Assembly (NCBI GenBank): GCA_905178155.1
Contig: CAJINV010000001.1
Coordinates: forward strand, 8,463,599-8,527,598
Length of the DNA: 64,000 nucleotides
Reading direction: 5' to 3'
DNA from: Amoebophrya sp. A120
Taxonomy: Eukaryota; Protista; Dinoflagellata
Part shown: one piece after another, positions 63,301-64,000 of the stretch
Position numbering within the stretch: the first letter of the stretch is position 1
How the letters are laid out: each line of letters starts with the position of its first letter
The notes under the pieces: model-generated
What the model saw: only the letters and a program-made list of their open reading frames with translations
The model's database searches: none
What the model was told of the DNA's origin: nothing
Translations under genes and position numbers: made by a program

Positions 63301-63490
63301 CGTGGGCTCGCAGGAGCATGCGGACGGCAAGTGGAACCCTGCGGATCCCCATTGCAAAGGCGATCCTGGTATAAAATGGCCGGACGCAGAGAAAATTTTT
63401 TCACGTTACGTAGCAGACCCACGGAGTGGTCCCGCATCTCAGCCACCCTTGGCGGAAACATCAAACATGGGAAAAATCGCTGGAGCATGA
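60362..63490 (+). CDS. Intronless 1042-aa protein: helical N-terminus, TRAF-type zinc fingers, RING-like motif, C-terminal ParB/Srx-like domain candidate
   Basis: Repeated CxxC..H...C units (CPDCG, CTECG, CKDCG); CKIC...C..YCVSC...CMFC; VRFTHDSI...GNRRL. Confidence 0.8.
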   Translation: MNEGKVETSAAVGDAVSAEQDMKRQEARKLVTKALLLGGHLPNDEDATSYYLGYAGRGAESALTFDECEEDLAQRERLATRALELDANCIPAYGVLAGVEYHRDNLVPAMLSVSEAIRRYIDGRGTADARMREELSRIGDLVWSIYHDARDEAQLLAALGCLKERILVVTAEESARNKNLLCRVSSLQRLFATRLCIRRRAGFDRDALFDAVALQVCSLRESSFYRYGASNAAELETEIRNRLRLAANVRACEDEVREDGDVEQVCSSSRSSLYVTDMRTFRGYNSFAMEVCRSDVRLLGVGRNRPEAQTIVATFFKHYFMRCPWLAFFFLRQKDDHTQDARVDENYWKLSLMYATGVDVFNFKLDREGHELWEQLGPKLSDDIVMEDSPIAMKAQYPQPLELRMEDIRDMRSPYSQAAVSAYLKQGPMFIRYRQFPGKRGRMVILCTADSTLVPKKAREARQALTQKEDELLVYVFEHAHLVVHHAGVSLVRGLGQLKLFGAADACEGWLLLRYSDIEDLPRLWFFQQYNRMRQKEGLPDPRVSPNSEGVERISCSPLARETSRSPRLKSDKSYPCPDCGSTFYEKDKLKRHRKNCEQRMVVCTECGESFAACDLANHDREECAYGLTSCKDCGAEMKRMHLEDHLQKTCTERTVSCGQVNSDGSRACKWTGRFCELAGHRLDCAFTTEPCSCCLLEVPRCDLQAARHRCPTVDATDTCKICRETFGTLYAGSSSTEPVLPVIPLLGAKRLCTCRDWNYCVSCFRSSLRNFAGDTMPCMFCRQLCDEATLVPLHLVSGLAVKSSLSTQMSLRGSGPAFAELNSQAMLLPRRGATIGSVHWVSPLHVRFTHDSIKLCFGEYMDKRTGLQHTDQSILDSLEQQLRSVAEDGPAGLDCLDVCWARPLHGEKLEADALFLAGTGNRRLCMWRMLAIMRPENFALIKVRIVSKDSTKVRFPEKCTTSCAGRWVEIRTKGRVRFFVGSQEHADGKWNPADPHCKGDPGIKWPDAEKIFSRYVADPRSGPASQPPLAETSNMGKIAGA

Positions 63491-64000
63491 TTTCGTCGAC
63501 CTGGAACAGTATTTCAGATACAGAAAAAGGTCTCTATTCCACACACATGGTCCACGTCCACGAAGATGATTCTATGAGATCATCGCAGCAAAAAGACCAA
63601 ATGCAACTTGCAAGGAGCAAAGCGTATAAAGAAGAAGTACCGCGTCCGTGTGGTGAGTTCCATTCTGTTCTGTCTGACTTTGAGATCATTACAGCTACCA
63701 TTGCGATCTGAAGGTCCTTCGACTTCCAAGAAGTTTTTTTGAATTTTCTTTCACCGTGCTCTCCTGTGTAGCGAGACTGGTTTTGGATTTGCATAATATA
63801 TGTGTCGCTAAAGGTTGTTGCGCTGAGTTTCAAAGCCCCAGCAGTGTTTTAGGAGTGGTAAAGCCATCACGTAAGACATGTTTGAAGAAGATAGCTAGTA
63901 TCTAAAAGATTCTCTCGCATTGATTACGCTTAATTTCAATGGAATGAATGCATTTTTGTATTGTCTGTGATTGTGCACGAAATTCAAATTTTGTTTCACC

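Overview
Gene-dense eukaryotic genomic DNA with GC3-rich exons and AT-richer introns, most consistent with an alveolate and probably the parasitic dinoflagellate Amoebophrya (inference from gene content and intron type). The dominant feature is a set of 18 short intron-like transposable elements (introners) from about 8 sequence families. Each is typically 150-390 bp, starts TAT, ends ATA (one ends ATG), has terminal inverted repeats (TIRs) and is flanked by a 5-bp target-site duplication (TSD). Removing the element plus one TSD copy gives an open, fused reading frame at every site, yet only 1 of 18 can be excised as a GT-AG intron. Inverted-repeat introners are already known from Amoebophrya. 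What this window adds: a motif TTGTnATGC/GCATnACAA shared by families with otherwise unrelated sequences, one family in both orientations in a single gene, a 2.75-kb repeat-rich element nested inside one introner, and one introner whose TSD variant makes it a canonical GT-AG intron. Genes reconstructed: giant putative surface protein, BolA, M50 peptidase, PlsC-type acyltransferase, FAM161-like protein, CDPK, HMG-like+Bdp1-type SANT protein, RRM protein, Hv1 proton channel, alpha/beta hydrolase, membrane class-3 lipase and a TRAF-zinc-finger/RING-like protein. A G-rich minisatellite, 155/164-bp satellite and C-rich tract lie at 11-13.4 kb. All calls are by eye; no database searches were run.
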